Assembly (NCBI GenBank): GCA_964016885.1
Contig: OZ024744.1
Coordinates: forward strand, 56,792,001-56,856,000
Length of the DNA stretch: 64,000 nucleotides
Source of the DNA: Eledone cirrhosa
Lineage: Eukaryota
Direction of reading: 5' to 3'
Numbering within the stretch: position 1 is the first letter of the stretch; each line of letters starts with the position of its first letter. Positions 35,801-52,800 of this stretch are shown here, one piece after another. The notes beneath the pieces are model-generated. The model was not told the origin of the DNA, searched no databases, and saw nothing but the letters and a program-made list of their open reading frames with translations. A program made the position numbers and the translations under genes.

Positions 35801-38800
35801 AACACTACTAACACTACCAACACTACCAACACTACCAACACTACCCACACTACCAACACTACCAACACTACCAACACTACCAACAGTACCAACACTACCC
35901 ACACTACCAACACAAACCAACACTACCAACACTACCAACACTAACAACACTACCAACACTACCAACACTACTAACACTACCAACACTATCAACACTACCA
36001 ACACTACCAACACTACCAACACTACCAACACTACCAACACTACCAACACTACCAACACTACAAACACTACCAACACTACTAACACTACCAACACTACCAA
36101 CACTACCAACACTACCAACACTACCAACACTACTAACACTACCAACACTACCAACACTACCAACACTACCAACACTATCAACACTACCTACACTACCAAC
36201 ACTATCAACACTACCAACACTACCAACACTACCCACACTACCAACACTACCAACACTACCCACACTACCAACACAACCAACACTACCAACACTACCAACA
36301 CTACCAACACTACCAACACTACCAACACTATCAACACTACCAACACTACCAACACTACCAACACTACCAACACTACCAACACTATCAACACTACCAACAC
36401 TACCAACACTACCAACACTACCAACACTATCAACACTACCAACACTACCAACACTACCAACACTACCAACACTATCAACACTACCAACACTACCAACACT
36501 ACCAACACTACCAACACTACCAACACTACCAACACTACCAACACTACCAACACTATCAACACTACCAACACTACCAACACTACCAGCACTACCAAGACCA
36601 TCAACACTATCAACACTACCAACACTGCCAACACTACCAACACTACCAACACTACCAACACTATTAACACTACCAACACTACCAACACTACCAACACTAC
36701 CAACACTACCAACACTATCAACACTACCAACACTAACAACACTACCAACACTACTAACACTACCAACACTATCAACACTACCAACACTACCAACACTACC
36801 AACACTACCAACACTACCAACACTACCAGCACTACCAACACTACCAACACTATCAACACTACCAACACTACCAACACTACCAACACTACCAATACTACCA
36901 ACACTATCAACACTACCAACACTATCAACACTACCAACACTACTAACACTACCAACATTACCAACACTACCAACACTACCAACAGTACCAACACTATCAA
37001 CACTATCAACACTACCAACACTACTAATACTACCAACACTACCAACACTACCAACACTACCAACACTACCAACACTACCAACACTACCAACACTACCAAC
37101 ACTACTAACACTACCAACACTACCAACACTACCAACACTACCAACACTACCAACACTACTAATACTACCAACACTATCAACACTACCAACACTACCAACA
37201 CTACCAACACTACCAACACTACCAACACTACCAACACTACAAACACTACCAACACTACCAACACTACCAACACTACCAACACTACCAACACTACTAACAC
37301 TACCAACACTACCAACACTACCAACACTACCAACACTACCAACACTACCCACACTACCAACACTACCAACACTACCAACACTACCAACACTACCAACACT
37401 ACCAACACTACCAACACTACCAACACTACCAACACTACCCACACTACCAACACTACCAACACTACCCGCAATACCAACACTACCAACACTACCAACACTA
37501 CCCACACTACCAACACTAACAACACTACCCACAATACCAACACTACCAACACTATCAGCAATACCAACACTACCAACACTGCCAACACTACCCACACTAC
37601 CAACACTACCAACACTACCAACACTACCAACACTACCAACACTACCAACACTACCAACACTACCAACACTACCAACACTACCAACACTACCAACACTACC
37701 CACACTACCAACACTACCAGCACTACCAACAGTACCCACACTACCAAAACTACCATCACTACCAACACTACCAACACTACCCACACTACCAACACTACCA
37801 ACACTACCAACACTACCAACACTACCAACACTACCAACACTACCAACACTACCCACACTACCAACACTACCAACACTACCAACACTACCAACACTACCCA
37901 CACTACCCACACTACCCACACTACCAACACTACCAACACTACCAACACTACCCACACTACCAACACTACCAACACTACCAACACTACCAACACTACCAAC
38001 ACTACCAACACTACCAACACTACCAACACTACCAACACGACCAACACTACCAACACTACCAACATTATCAACACTACCAACACTACCAACACTACCCACA
38101 CTGCCAACACTACCAACACTAGCAACACTACCAACACTACCAACACTACCAACACTACCCACGCTACCAACACTACCAACACTACCCACACTACCCACAC
38201 TACCAACACTACCAACACTACCAACACTACCAACACTACCAACACTACCAACACTACCAACACTACCCACACTACCAACACTACCAACACTACCAACACT
38301 ATCAACACTACCAACACTATCAACACTAACAACACTACCCACACTACCAACACTACCCACACTACCAACAGTACCCACACTACAAACACTACCAACACTA
38401 CCAACATGACCAACACTACCCACATTACCAACACTACCAACACTACCCACACTACCAACACTACCAACACTACCCACACTACCAACACTATCAACACTAT
38501 GAACACTATCAACACTACCAACACTATCAACACTATGAACACTATCAATACTACCAACACTACCAACACTACCAACACTACCAACACTATGAACACTATG
38601 AACACTATCAACACTATGAACACTACCTACACTACTAACACTATCAACACTACCAACACTACCAACACTACCCACACTACCAACACTACCAACACTACCC
38701 ACACTACCAACACTATCAACACTATGAACACTACCAACACTTCTAACACTATCAACACTTCCAACACTACCAACACTACCCACACTACCAACACTACCAA

Positions 38801-41800
38801 CACTACCCACACTACCAACACTACCAACACTATCAGCAATACCAACACTACCAACACTGCCAACACTACCCACACTACCAACACTACCAACACTACCAAC
38901 ACTACCAACACTACCAACACTACCAACACTACCAACACTACCAACACTACCAACACTACCAACACTACCCACACTACCAACACTACCAACACTACCAACA
39001 GTACCCACACTACCAAAACTACCATCACTACCAACACTACCAACACTACCCACACTACCAACACTACCTACACTACCAACACTACCAACACTACCAACAC
39101 TACTAACACTACCAACACTACCAACACTACCAACACTACCAACACTACCAACACTACCAACACTACTAACACTACCAACACTACCAACACTACCAACACT
39201 ACCAACACTACCAACATTATCAACACTACCAACACTACCAACACTGCCCACACTGCCAACACTACCAAAACTACCAACACTACCAACACTACCAACACTA
39301 CCAACACTACCAACACTACCAACACTACCCACACCATCAACACTACCAACACTACCAACGCTACCAACACTACCAACACTACCAACACTACCAACACTAC
39401 CAACACTACCCACACTATCAACACTACCAACACTACCAACACTACCCACACTACCAACGCTGCCAACACTACCCACAATACCAACACTACCAACACTACC
39501 AACACTACCAACACTACCAACACTACCCACACTACCAACACTAACAACACTACCAACACTACCCACACTACCAACACTACCAACACTACCAACACTACCC
39601 ACACTACCAACACTACCAACACTACCAACACTACCAACACGACCAACACTTCCAACACTACCAACACTACCAACACTACCAACACGACCAACACTACCAA
39701 CACTACCAACACTACCAACACTGTCAACACTACCAACACTACCAACACTACCCACACTACCAACACTACCAACACGACCAACACTACCAACACTACCAAC
39801 ATTATCAACACTACCAACACTACCAACACTGCCCACACTGCCAACACTACCAACACTAGCAACACTACCAACACTACCAACACTACCAACACTACCCACA
39901 CTACCAACACTACCAACACTACCCACACTACCCACACTACCAACACTACCAACACTACCAACACTACCAACACTACCAACACTACCAACACTACCAACAC
40001 TACCCACACTACCAACACTACCAACACTACCAACACTATCAACACTACCAACACTATCAACACTAACAACACTACCGACACTACCAACACTACCCACACT
40101 ACCAACAGTACCCACACTACAAACACTACCAACACTACCAACACTATCAACACTACCAACACTATCAACACTACCAACACTACTAACACTATCAACACTA
40201 TCAACACTATCAACACTACCAACACTACCAACACTACCAACACTACCAACACTACCAACACTAACAACACTACCAACACTACCAACACTACCAACACTAC
40301 CAACAGTACCCACACTACAAACACTACCAACACTACCCACACTACCCACACTACCAACACTACCAACACTATCAACACTACCAACACTACCAACACTACC
40401 AACACTACCAACACTACCAACACTACCAACACTACCAACACTAGCAACACTACCAACACTACCCACACTACCCACACTACCAACACTACCAACACTACCC
40501 ACACTACCCACACTACCCACACTACCAACACTACCAACACTACCAACACTACCCACACTACCAACACTACCAACACTACCAACACTACTAACACTACCAA
40601 CACTACCAACACTACCAACACTACCAACACTACTAACACTACCAACACTACCAACACTACCAACACTACCAACACTATCAACACTACCCACACTACCAAC
40701 ACTACCAACACTACCAACACTACTAATACTACCAACACTATCAACACTACCAACACAATCAACACTACCAACACTACCAACACTACCAACACTACCAACA
40801 CTATCAACACTACCAACACCAACAACACTACCAACACTATCAACACTATCAACACTACCAACACTATCAACACTACCAACACTACTAATAGTACCAACAT
40901 TACCAACACTACCAACACTACCAACACTACCAACACTATCAACACTATCAACACTACCAACACTACTAATACTACCAACACTACCAACACTACCAACACT
41001 ACCAACACTACTAATACTACCAACACTACCAACACTAGCAACACTATCAACACTACCAACACTACCAACACTACCAACACTACCAACACTACCAACACTA
41101 CTAATACTACCAACACTATCAACACTACCAACACAATCAACACTAGCAACACTACCAACACTACCAACACTACCAACACTATCAACACTACCAACACTAC
41201 CAACACTACCAACACTACCAACACTATCAACACTACCAACACTATCAACACTACCAACACTACTAATAGTACCAACATTACCAACACTACCAACACTACC
41301 AACACTACCAACACTATCAACACTATCAACACTACCAACACTACTAATACTACCAACACTACCAACACTACCAACACTACCAACACTACCAACACTACCA
41401 ACACTACCAACACTACTAACACTACCAACACTATCAACACTACCAACACTACCAACACTACCAACACTACCAACACTACCAACACTACTAACACTACCAA
41501 CACTACTAACACTACCAACACTACCAACACTACCAACACTACCCACACTACCAACACTACCAACACTACCAACACTACCAACAGTACCAACACTACCCAC
41601 ACTACCAACACAAACCAACACTACCAACACTACCAACACTAACAACACTACCAACACTACCAACACTACTAACACTACCAACACTATCAACACTACCAAC
41701 ACTACCAACACTACCAACACTACCAACACTACCAACACTACCAACACTACCAACACTACAAACACTACCAACACTACTAACACTACCAACACTACCAACA

Positions 41801-44800
41801 CTACCAACACTACCAACACTACCAACACTACTAACACTACCAACACTACCAACACTACCAACACTACCAACACTATCAACACTACCTACACTACCAACAC
41901 TATCAATACTACCAACACTACCAACACTACCCACACTACCAACACTACCAACACTACCCACACTACCAACACAACCAACACTACCAACACTACCAACACT
42001 ACCAACACTACCAACACTACCAACACTATCAACACTACCAACACTACCAACACTACCAACACTACCAACACTACCAACACTATCAACACTACCAACACTA
42101 CCAACACTACCAACACTACCAACACTATCAACACTACCAACACTACCAACACTAGCAACACTACCAACACTATCAACACTACCAACACTACCAACACTAC
42201 CAACACTACCAACACTACCAACACTACCAACACTACCAACACTACCAACACTATCAACACTACCAACACTACCAACACTACCAGCACTACCAAGACCATC
42301 AACACTATCAACACTACCAACACTGCCAACACTACCAACACTACCAACACTACCAACACTATTAACACTACCAACACTACCAACACTACCAACACTACCA
42401 ACACTACCAACACTATCAACACTACCAACACTAACAACACTACCAACACTACTAACACTACCAACACTATCAACACTACCAACACTACCAACACTACCAA
42501 CACTACCAACACTACCAACACTACCAGCACTACCAACACTACCAACACTATCAACACTACCAACACTACCAACACTACCAACACTACCAATACTACCAAC
42601 ACTATCAACACTACCAACACTATCAACACTACCAACACTACTAACACTACCAACATTACCAACACTACCAACACTACCAACAGTACCAACACTATCAACA
42701 CTATCAACACTACCAACACTACTAATACTACCAACACTACCAACACTACCAACACTACCAACACTACCAACACTACCAACACTACCAACACTACCAACAC
42801 TACTAACACTACCAACACTACCAACACTACCAACACTACCAACACTACCAACACTACTAATACTACCAACACTATCAACACTACCAACACTACCAACACT
42901 ACCAACACTACCAACACTACCAACACTACCAACACTACAAACACTACCAACACTACCAACACTACCAACACTACCAACACTACCAACACTACTAACACTA
43001 CCAACACTACCAACACTACCAACACTACCAACACTACCAACACTACCAACACTACCCACACTACCAACACTACCAACACTACCAACACTACCAACACTAC
43101 CAACACTACCAACACTACCAACACTACCAACACTACCAACACTACCCACACTACCAACACTACCAACACTACCCGCAATACCAACACTACCAACACTACC
43201 AACACTACCCACACTACCAACACTAACAACACTACCCACAATACCAACACTACCAACACGACCAACACTATCAACACTACCAACACTACCCGCATTACCA
43301 ACACTATCAACACTACCAACACTACCAACACTACCCACACTACCAACACTATCAACACTACCAACACTACCAACACTACCAACACTACCAACACTACCAA
43401 CACTACCCACACTACCAACACTACCAACACTACCAACACTACCAACACTACCAACATTACCAACACTACCCACATTACCAACATTACCAACACTACCCAC
43501 ACTACCAACACTACCAACACTACCCACACTACCAACACTATCAACACTATGAACACTATCAACACTACCAACACTATCAACACTATGAACACTATCAATA
43601 CTACCAACACTACCAACACTACCAACACTACCAACACTACCAACACTATCCACACTACCAACACTACCAACACTACCAACACTACCAACACTACCAATAC
43701 TACCCACACTACCAACACAACCAACACTATCCACACTACCAACACTACCAACACTACCAACACTACCAACACTACCAACACTACCAACACTACCAACACT
43801 ACCAACACTACCAACACTATCCACACTACCAACACTACCAACACTACCAACACTACCAACACTACCAACACTACCAACACTACCAACACTACCAACACTA
43901 CCAACACTATCAACACTATGAACACTATCAACACTATGAACACTACCTACACTACTAACACTATCAACACTACCAACACTACCAACACTACCCACACTAC
44001 CAACACTACCAACACTACCCACACTACCAACACTATCAACACTATGAACACTACCAACACTACTAACACTATCAACACTTCCAACACTACCAACACTACC
44101 CACACTACCGACACTACCAACACTACCCACACTACCAACACTACCAACACTATCAGCAATACCAACACTACCAACACTGCCAACACTACCCACACTACCA
44201 ACACTACCAAAACTACCAACACTACCAACACTACCAACACTACCAACACTACCAACACTACCAACACTACCAATACTACCCACACTACCAACACAACCAA
44301 CACTACCAACAGTACCCACACTACCAAAACTACCATCACTACCAACACTACCAACACTACCCACACTACCAACACTACCAACACTACCAACACTACCAAC
44401 ACTACCAACACTACTAACACTACCAACACTACCAACACTACCAACACTACCAACACTACCAACACTACCAACACTAACAACACTACCAACACTACCAACA
44501 CTACCAACACTACCAACATTATCAACACTACCAACACTACCAACACTGCCCACACTGCCAACACTACCAACACTACCAACACTACCAACACTACCAACAC
44601 TACCAACACTACCAACACTACCAACACTACCCACACCATCAACACTACCAACACTACCAACGCTACCAACACTACCAACACTACCAACACTACCAACACT
44701 ACCAACACTACCAACACTACCCACACTACCCACACTACCCACACTACAAACACTACCAACACTACCAACACTACCAACACTACCAACACTACCAACACTA

Positions 44801-47100
44801 CCCACACTACCAACGCTGCCAACACTACCCACAATACCAACACTACCAACACTACCAACACTACCAACACTACCAACACTACCCACACTACCAACACTAA
44901 CAACACTACCAACACTACCCACACTACCAACACTACCAACACTACCAAAACTACCCACACTACCAACACTACCAACACTACCCACACTACCAACACTATC
45001 AACACTATGAACACTATCAACACTACCAACACTATCAACACTATGAACACTATCAATACTACCAACACTACCAACACTACCAACACTACCAACACTATCA
45101 ACACTATGAACACTATCAACACTATGAACACTACCTACACTACTAACACTATCAACACTACCAACACTACCAACACTACCCACACTACCAACACTACCAA
45201 CACTACCCACACTACCAACACTATCAACACTATGAACACTACCAACACTACTAACACTATCAACACTTCCAACACTACCAACACTACCCACACTACCAAC
45301 ACTACCAACACTACCCACACTACCAACACTACCAACACTATCAGCAATACCAACACTACCAACACTGCCAACACTACCCACACTACCAACACTACCAACA
45401 CTACCAACACTACCAACACTACCAACACTACCAACACTACCAACACTACCAACACTACCAACAATACCAACACTACCAACACTACCCACACTACCAACAC
45501 TACCAACACTACCAACAGTACCCACACTACCAAAACTACCATCATTACCAACACTACCAACACTACCCACACTACCAACACTACCAACACTACCAAAACT
45601 ACCAACACTACCAACACTACCAACACTACCAACACTACCCACACTACCAACACTACCAACACTACCAACACTACCAACACTACCCACACTACCCACACTA
45701 CCCACACTACCAACACTACCAACACTACCAACACTACCCACACTACCAACACTACCAACACTACCAACACTACCAACACTACCAACACTACCAACACTAC
45801 CAACACTACCAACACGACCAACACTACCAACACTACCAACATTATCAACACTACCAACACTACCAACACTGCCCACACTGCCAACACTACCAACACTACC
45901 AACACTACCAACACTACCAACACTACCCACGCTACCAACACTACCAACACTACCCACACTACCCACACTACCAACACTACCAACACTACCAACACTACCA
46001 ACACTACCAACACTACCAACACTACCAACACTACCCACACTACCAACACTACCAACACTACCAACACTATCAACACTACCAACACTATCAACACTAACAA
46101 CACTACCCACACTACCAACACTACCCACACTACCAACAGTACCCACACTACAAACACTACCAACACTACCAACATGACCAACACTACCCACATTACCAAC
46201 ACTACCAACACTACCCACACTACCAACACTACCAACACTACCCACACTACCAACACTATCAACACTATGAACACTATCAACACTACCAACACTATCAACA
46301 CTATGAACACTATCAATACTACCAACACTACCAACACTACCAACACTACCAACACTATCAACACTATGAACACTATCAACACTATGAACACTACCTACAC
46401 TACTAACACTATCAACACTACCAACACTACCAACACTACCCACACTACCAACACTACCAACACTACCCACACTACCAACACTATCAACACTATGAAAACT
46501 ACCAACACTACTAACACTATCAACACTTCCAACACTACCAACACTACCCACACTACCAACACTACCAACACTACCCACACTACCAACACTACCAACACTA
46601 TCAGCAATACCAACACTACCAACACTGCCAACACTACCCACACTACCAACACTACCAACACTACCAACACTACCAACACTACCAACACTACCAACACTAC
46701 CAACACTACCAACACTACCAACACTACCAACACTACCCACACTACCAACACTACCAACACTACCAACAGTACCCACACTACCAAAACTACCATCACTACC
46801 AACACTACCAACACTACCCACACTACCAACACTACCTACACTACCAACACTACCAACAATACCAACACTACTAACACTACCAACACTACCAACACTACCA
46901 ACACTACCAACACTACCAACACTACCAACACTACTAACACTACCAACACTACCAACACTACCAACACTACCAACACTACCAACATTATCAACACTACCAA
47001 CACTACCAACACTGCCCACACTGCCAACACTACCAAAACTACCAACACTACCAACACTACCAACACTACCAACACTACCAACACTACCAACACTACCCAC
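26850..47100. repeat. Sub-family built on a ~1.2-1.3 kb module marked by ACACTATGA clusters and ATCAGCAAT; interrupted by blocks of the third sub-family
   Basis: ATCAGCAAT at 27204, 28401, 29679, 31848, 33116, 37554, 38832, 44152, 45340, 46600. ACATGACCA at 29251, 32688, 38404, 46172. Four 438-bp intervals between ACACTACCT units give the four 145-aa ORFs. Confidence 0.85.
31840..43250. repeat. Head-to-tail higher-order duplication, period ~5.70 kb (copies ~31840-37545 and ~37546-43250)
   Basis: ATCAGCAAT 31848/37554, 10-bp unit ACACAAACCA 35910/41608, AAGACCATC 36594/42292, CCCGCAAT 37465/43172. ORFs 32690..35944 and 38406..41642 are near-identical. Confidence 0.9.
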
Positions 47101-49870
47101 ACCATCAACACTACCAACACTACCAACGCTACCAACACTACCAACACTACCAACACTACCAACACTACCAACACTACCCACACTATCAACACTACCAACA
47201 CTACCAACACTACCCACACTACCAACGCTGCCAACACTACCCACAATACCAACACTACCAACACTACCAACACTACCCACACTACCAACACTAACAACAC
47301 TACCAACACTACCCACACTACCAACACTACCAACACTACCAACACTACCCACACTACCAACACTACCAACACTACCAACACTACCAACACGACCAACACT
47401 TCCAACACTACCAACACTACCAACACTACCAACACGACCAACACTACCAACACTACCAACACTACCAACACTGTCAACACTACCAACACTACCAACACTA
47501 CCCACACTACCAACACTACCAACACGACCAACACTATCAACACTAACAACACTACCGACACTACCAACACTACCCACACTACCAACAGTACCCACACTAC
47601 AAACACTACCAACACTACCAACACTATCAACACTACCAACACTATCAACACTACCAACACTACTAACACTATCAACACTATCAACACTATCAACACTACC
47701 AACTCTACCAACACTACCAACACTACCAACACTACCAACACTAACAACACTACCAACACTACCAACACTACCAACACTACCAACAGTACCCACACTACAA
47801 ACACTACCAACACTACCCACACTACCAACACTACCAACACTACCAACACTATCAACACTACCAACACTACCAACACTACCAACACTACCAACACTACCAA
47901 CACTACCAACACTACCAACACTAGCAACACTACCAACACTACCCACACTACCCACACTACCAACACTACCAACACTACCAACACTACCCACACTACCCAC
48001 ACTACCCACACTACCAACACTACCAACACTACCAACACTACCCACACTACCAACACTACCAACACTACCAACACTACTAACACTACCAACACTACCAACA
48101 CTACCAACACTACCAACACTACTAACACTACCAACACTACCAACACTACCAACACTACCAACACTATCAACACTACCCACACTACCAACACTACCAACAC
48201 TACCAACACTACTAATACTACCAACACTATCAACACTACCAACACAATCAACACTACCAACACTACCAACACTACCAACACTACCAACACTATCAACACT
48301 ACCAACACCAACAACACTACCAACACTATCAACACTATCAACACTACCAACACTATCAACACTACCAACACTACTAATAGTACCAACATTACCAACACTA
48401 CCAACACTACCAACACTACCAACACTATCAACACTATCAACACTACCAACACTACTAATACTACCAACACTACCAACAATACCAACACTACCAACACTAC
48501 TAATACTACCAACACTACCAACACTACCAACACTATCAACACTACCAACACTACCAACACTACCAACACTACCAACACTACCAACACTACTAATACTACC
48601 AACACTATCAACACTACCAACACAATCAACACTAGCAACACTACCAACACTACCAACACTACCAACACTATCAACACTACCAACACTACCAACACTACCA
48701 ACACTACCAACACTATCAACACTACCAACACTATCAACACTACCAACACTACTAATAGTACCAACATTACCAACACTACCAACACTACCAACACTACCAA
48801 CACTATCAACACTATCAACACTACCAACACTACTAATACTACCAACACTACCAACACTACCAACACTACCAACACTACCAACACTACCAACACTACCAAC
48901 ACTACTAACACTACCAACACTATCAACACTACCAACACTACCAACACTACCAACACTACCAACACTACCAACACTACTAACACTACCAACACTACTAACA
49001 CTACCAACACTACCAACACTACCAACACTACCCACACTACCAACACTACCAACACTACCAACACTACCAACAGTACCAACACTACCCACACTACCAACAC
49101 AAACCAACACTACCAACACTACCAACACTAACAACACTACCAACACTACCAACACTACTAACACTACCAACACTATCAACACTACCAACACTACCAACAC
49201 TACCAACACTACCAACACTACCAACACTACCAACACTACCAACACTACAAACACTACCAACACTACTAACACTACCAACACTACCAACACTACCAACACT
49301 ACCAACACTACTAACACTACCAACACTACCAACACTACCAACACTACCAACACTATCAACACTACCTACACTACCAACACTATCAACACTACCAACACTA
49401 CCAACACTACCCACACTACCAACACTACCAACACTACCCACACTACCAACACTACCAACACTACCAACACTACCAACACTACCAACACTACCAACACTAC
49501 CAACACTATCAACACTACCAACACTACCAACACTACCAACACTACCAACACTACCAACACTATCAACACTACCAACACTACCAACACTACCAACACTACC
49601 AACACTATCAACACTACCAACACTACCAACACTACCAACACTACCAACACTATCAACACTACCAACACTACCAACACTACCAACACTACCAACACTACCA
49701 ACACTACCAACACTACCAACACTACCAACACTATCAACACTACCAACACTACCAACACTACCAGCACTACCAAGACCATCAACACTATCAACACTACCAA
49801 CACTGCCAACACTACCAACACTACCAACACTACCAACACTATTAACACTACCAACACTACCAACACTACC
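43150..49870. repeat. Further higher-order copy: left part matches ~26.5-30.5 kb (offset ~17 kb), right part matches ~37.5-42.4 kb (offset ~7.5-7.8 kb)
   Basis: ATCAGCAAT triplet 44152/45340/46600 versus 27204/28401/29679. 10-bp unit at 49097 versus 41608. AAGACCATC 49772 versus 42292. Confidence 0.85.
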
Positions 49871-52800
49871 AACACTACTAATACTACCAACACTACCAAC
49901 AGTACCAACACTACCCACACTACCAACACTACCAACACTACCAACACTACCAACACTACCAACACTACCAACACTACCCACACTACCAACACTACCAACA
50001 CTACCAACACTACCAACACTATCAACACTACCAACACTACCAACACTACTAACACTATCAACACTACCAACACTACCAACACTACCAACACTACCAACAC
50101 TACCAACACTATCAACACTACCAACACTACCAACACTACCAACACTACCAACACTACCAACACTACTAATACTACCAATACTACCAACACTACCAACACT
50201 ACCAACACTACTAATACTACCAATACTACCAACACTACCAACACTACCAACACTATCAACACTACCAACACTACCAACACTACCCACACTACCAACACTA
50301 CCAACACTATGAACACTACCAACACTACTAACACTACCAACACTACCAACACTACCAACACTACTGATACTACCAACACTACCAACACTACCAACACTAC
50401 CAACACTACCAACACTACCAACACTACCAACACTATCAACACTACCAACACTACCAACACTACCAACACTACCAACACTACCAACACTACCAATACTACC
50501 AACACTACCAACACTACCAACACTACCAACACTACCAACACTACCAATACTACCAACACTATCAACACTACCAACACTACCAACACTGCCAACACTACCA
50601 ACACTACCAACACTACCAACACTACCAATACTACCAACACTACCAACACCACTAACACTATCAACACTACCAACACTACCAACACTACCAACACTACCAA
50701 CACTACTAACACTACCAACACTACCAACACTACCAACACTACCAACACTACTAACACTACCAACACTACCAACACTACCAACACTACCAACACTACCAAC
50801 ACTACCAACACTATCAACAGTACCAACACTACTAATACTACCAACACTACCAACACTACCAACACTACCAACACTACTAATACTACCAATACTACCAACA
50901 CTACCAACACTACCAACAATATCAACACTACCAACACTACCAACACTACCAACACTACCAACACTACCAACACTACTAATACTACCAACACTATCAACAC
51001 TACCAACACAATCAACACTACCAACACTACCAACACTACCAACACTACCAACACTATCAACACTACCAACACCAACAACACTACCAACACTGCCAACACT
51101 ATCAACACTACCAACACTATCAACACTACCAACACTACTAATAGTACCAACATTACCAACACTACCAACACTACCAACACTACCAACACTATCAACACTA
51201 TCAACACTACCAACACTACTAATACTACCAACACTACCAACACTACCAACACTATCAACACTATCAACACTATCAACACTACCAACACTACTAATACTAC
51301 CAACACTACCAACACTACCAACACTACCAACACTACCAACACTACCAACACTACTAACACTACCAACACTATCAACACTACCAACACTACCAACACTACC
51401 AACACTACCAACACTACCAACACTACTAACACTACCAACACTACTAACACTACCAACACTACCAACACTACCAACACTACCCACACTACCAACACTACCA
51501 ACACTACCAACACTACCAACAGTACCAACACTACCCACACTACCAACACTACCAACACTACCAACACTACCAACACTACCAACACTACCAACACTACCAA
51601 CACTATCAACACTACCAACACTACCAACACTACCAACACTACCAACACTACCAACACTACCAACACTACCAACACTACCAACACTATCAACACTACCAAC
51701 ACTACCAACACTACCAACACTACCAAGACTATCAACACTATCAACACTACCAACACTGCCAACACTACCAACACTACCAACACTACCAACACTATTAACA
51801 CTACCAACACTACCAACACTACCAACACTACCAACACTACCAACACTACCAACACTAACAACACTACCAACACTACCAACACTACTAACACTACCAACAC
51901 TATCAACACTACCAACATTACCAACACTACCAACACTACCAACACTACCAACACTACCAACACTACCAACACTACAAACACTACCAACACTACTAACACT
52001 ACCAACACTACCAACACTACCAACACTACCAACACTACTAACACTACCAACACTACCAACACTACCAACACTACCAACACTATCAACACTACCCACACTA
52101 CCAATACTACCAACACTACCAACACTACTAATACTACCAACACTATCAACACTACCAACACAATCAACACTACCAACACTACCAACACTACCAACACTAC
52201 CAACACTATCAACACTACCAACACCAACAACACTACCAACACTATCAACACTACCAACACTACTAATACTACCAACACTACCAACACTACCAACACTACC
52301 AACACTACTAATACTACCAACACTACCAACACTACCAACACTATCAACACTACCAACACTACCAACACTACCAACACTACCAACACTACCAACACTACTA
52401 ATACTACCAACACTATCAACACTACCAACACAATCAACACTATCAACACTACCAACACAATCAACACTACCAACACTACCAACACTACCAACACTACCAA
52501 CACTACCAACACTACCAACACTACTAACACTACCAACACTACTAATACTATCAACACTACCAACACTACTAATAGTACCAACATTACCAACACTACCAAC
52601 ACTACCAACACTACCAACACTATCAACACTATCAACACTACCAACACTACTAATACTACCAACACTACCAACACTACCAACACTACCAACACTACTAATA
52701 CTACCAACACTACCAACACTACCAACACTACCAACACTATCAACACTACCAACACTACCAACACTACCAACACTACCAACACTACCAACACTACTAATAC

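Noticed and set aside
23629-49131. Plus-strand TLP and NTT ORFs as mucin, adhesin or ice-binding proteins
   Set aside because: Starts are incidental variant codons inside the array, there is no signal peptide or anchor, and ends are set by frameshifts or TGA variants.
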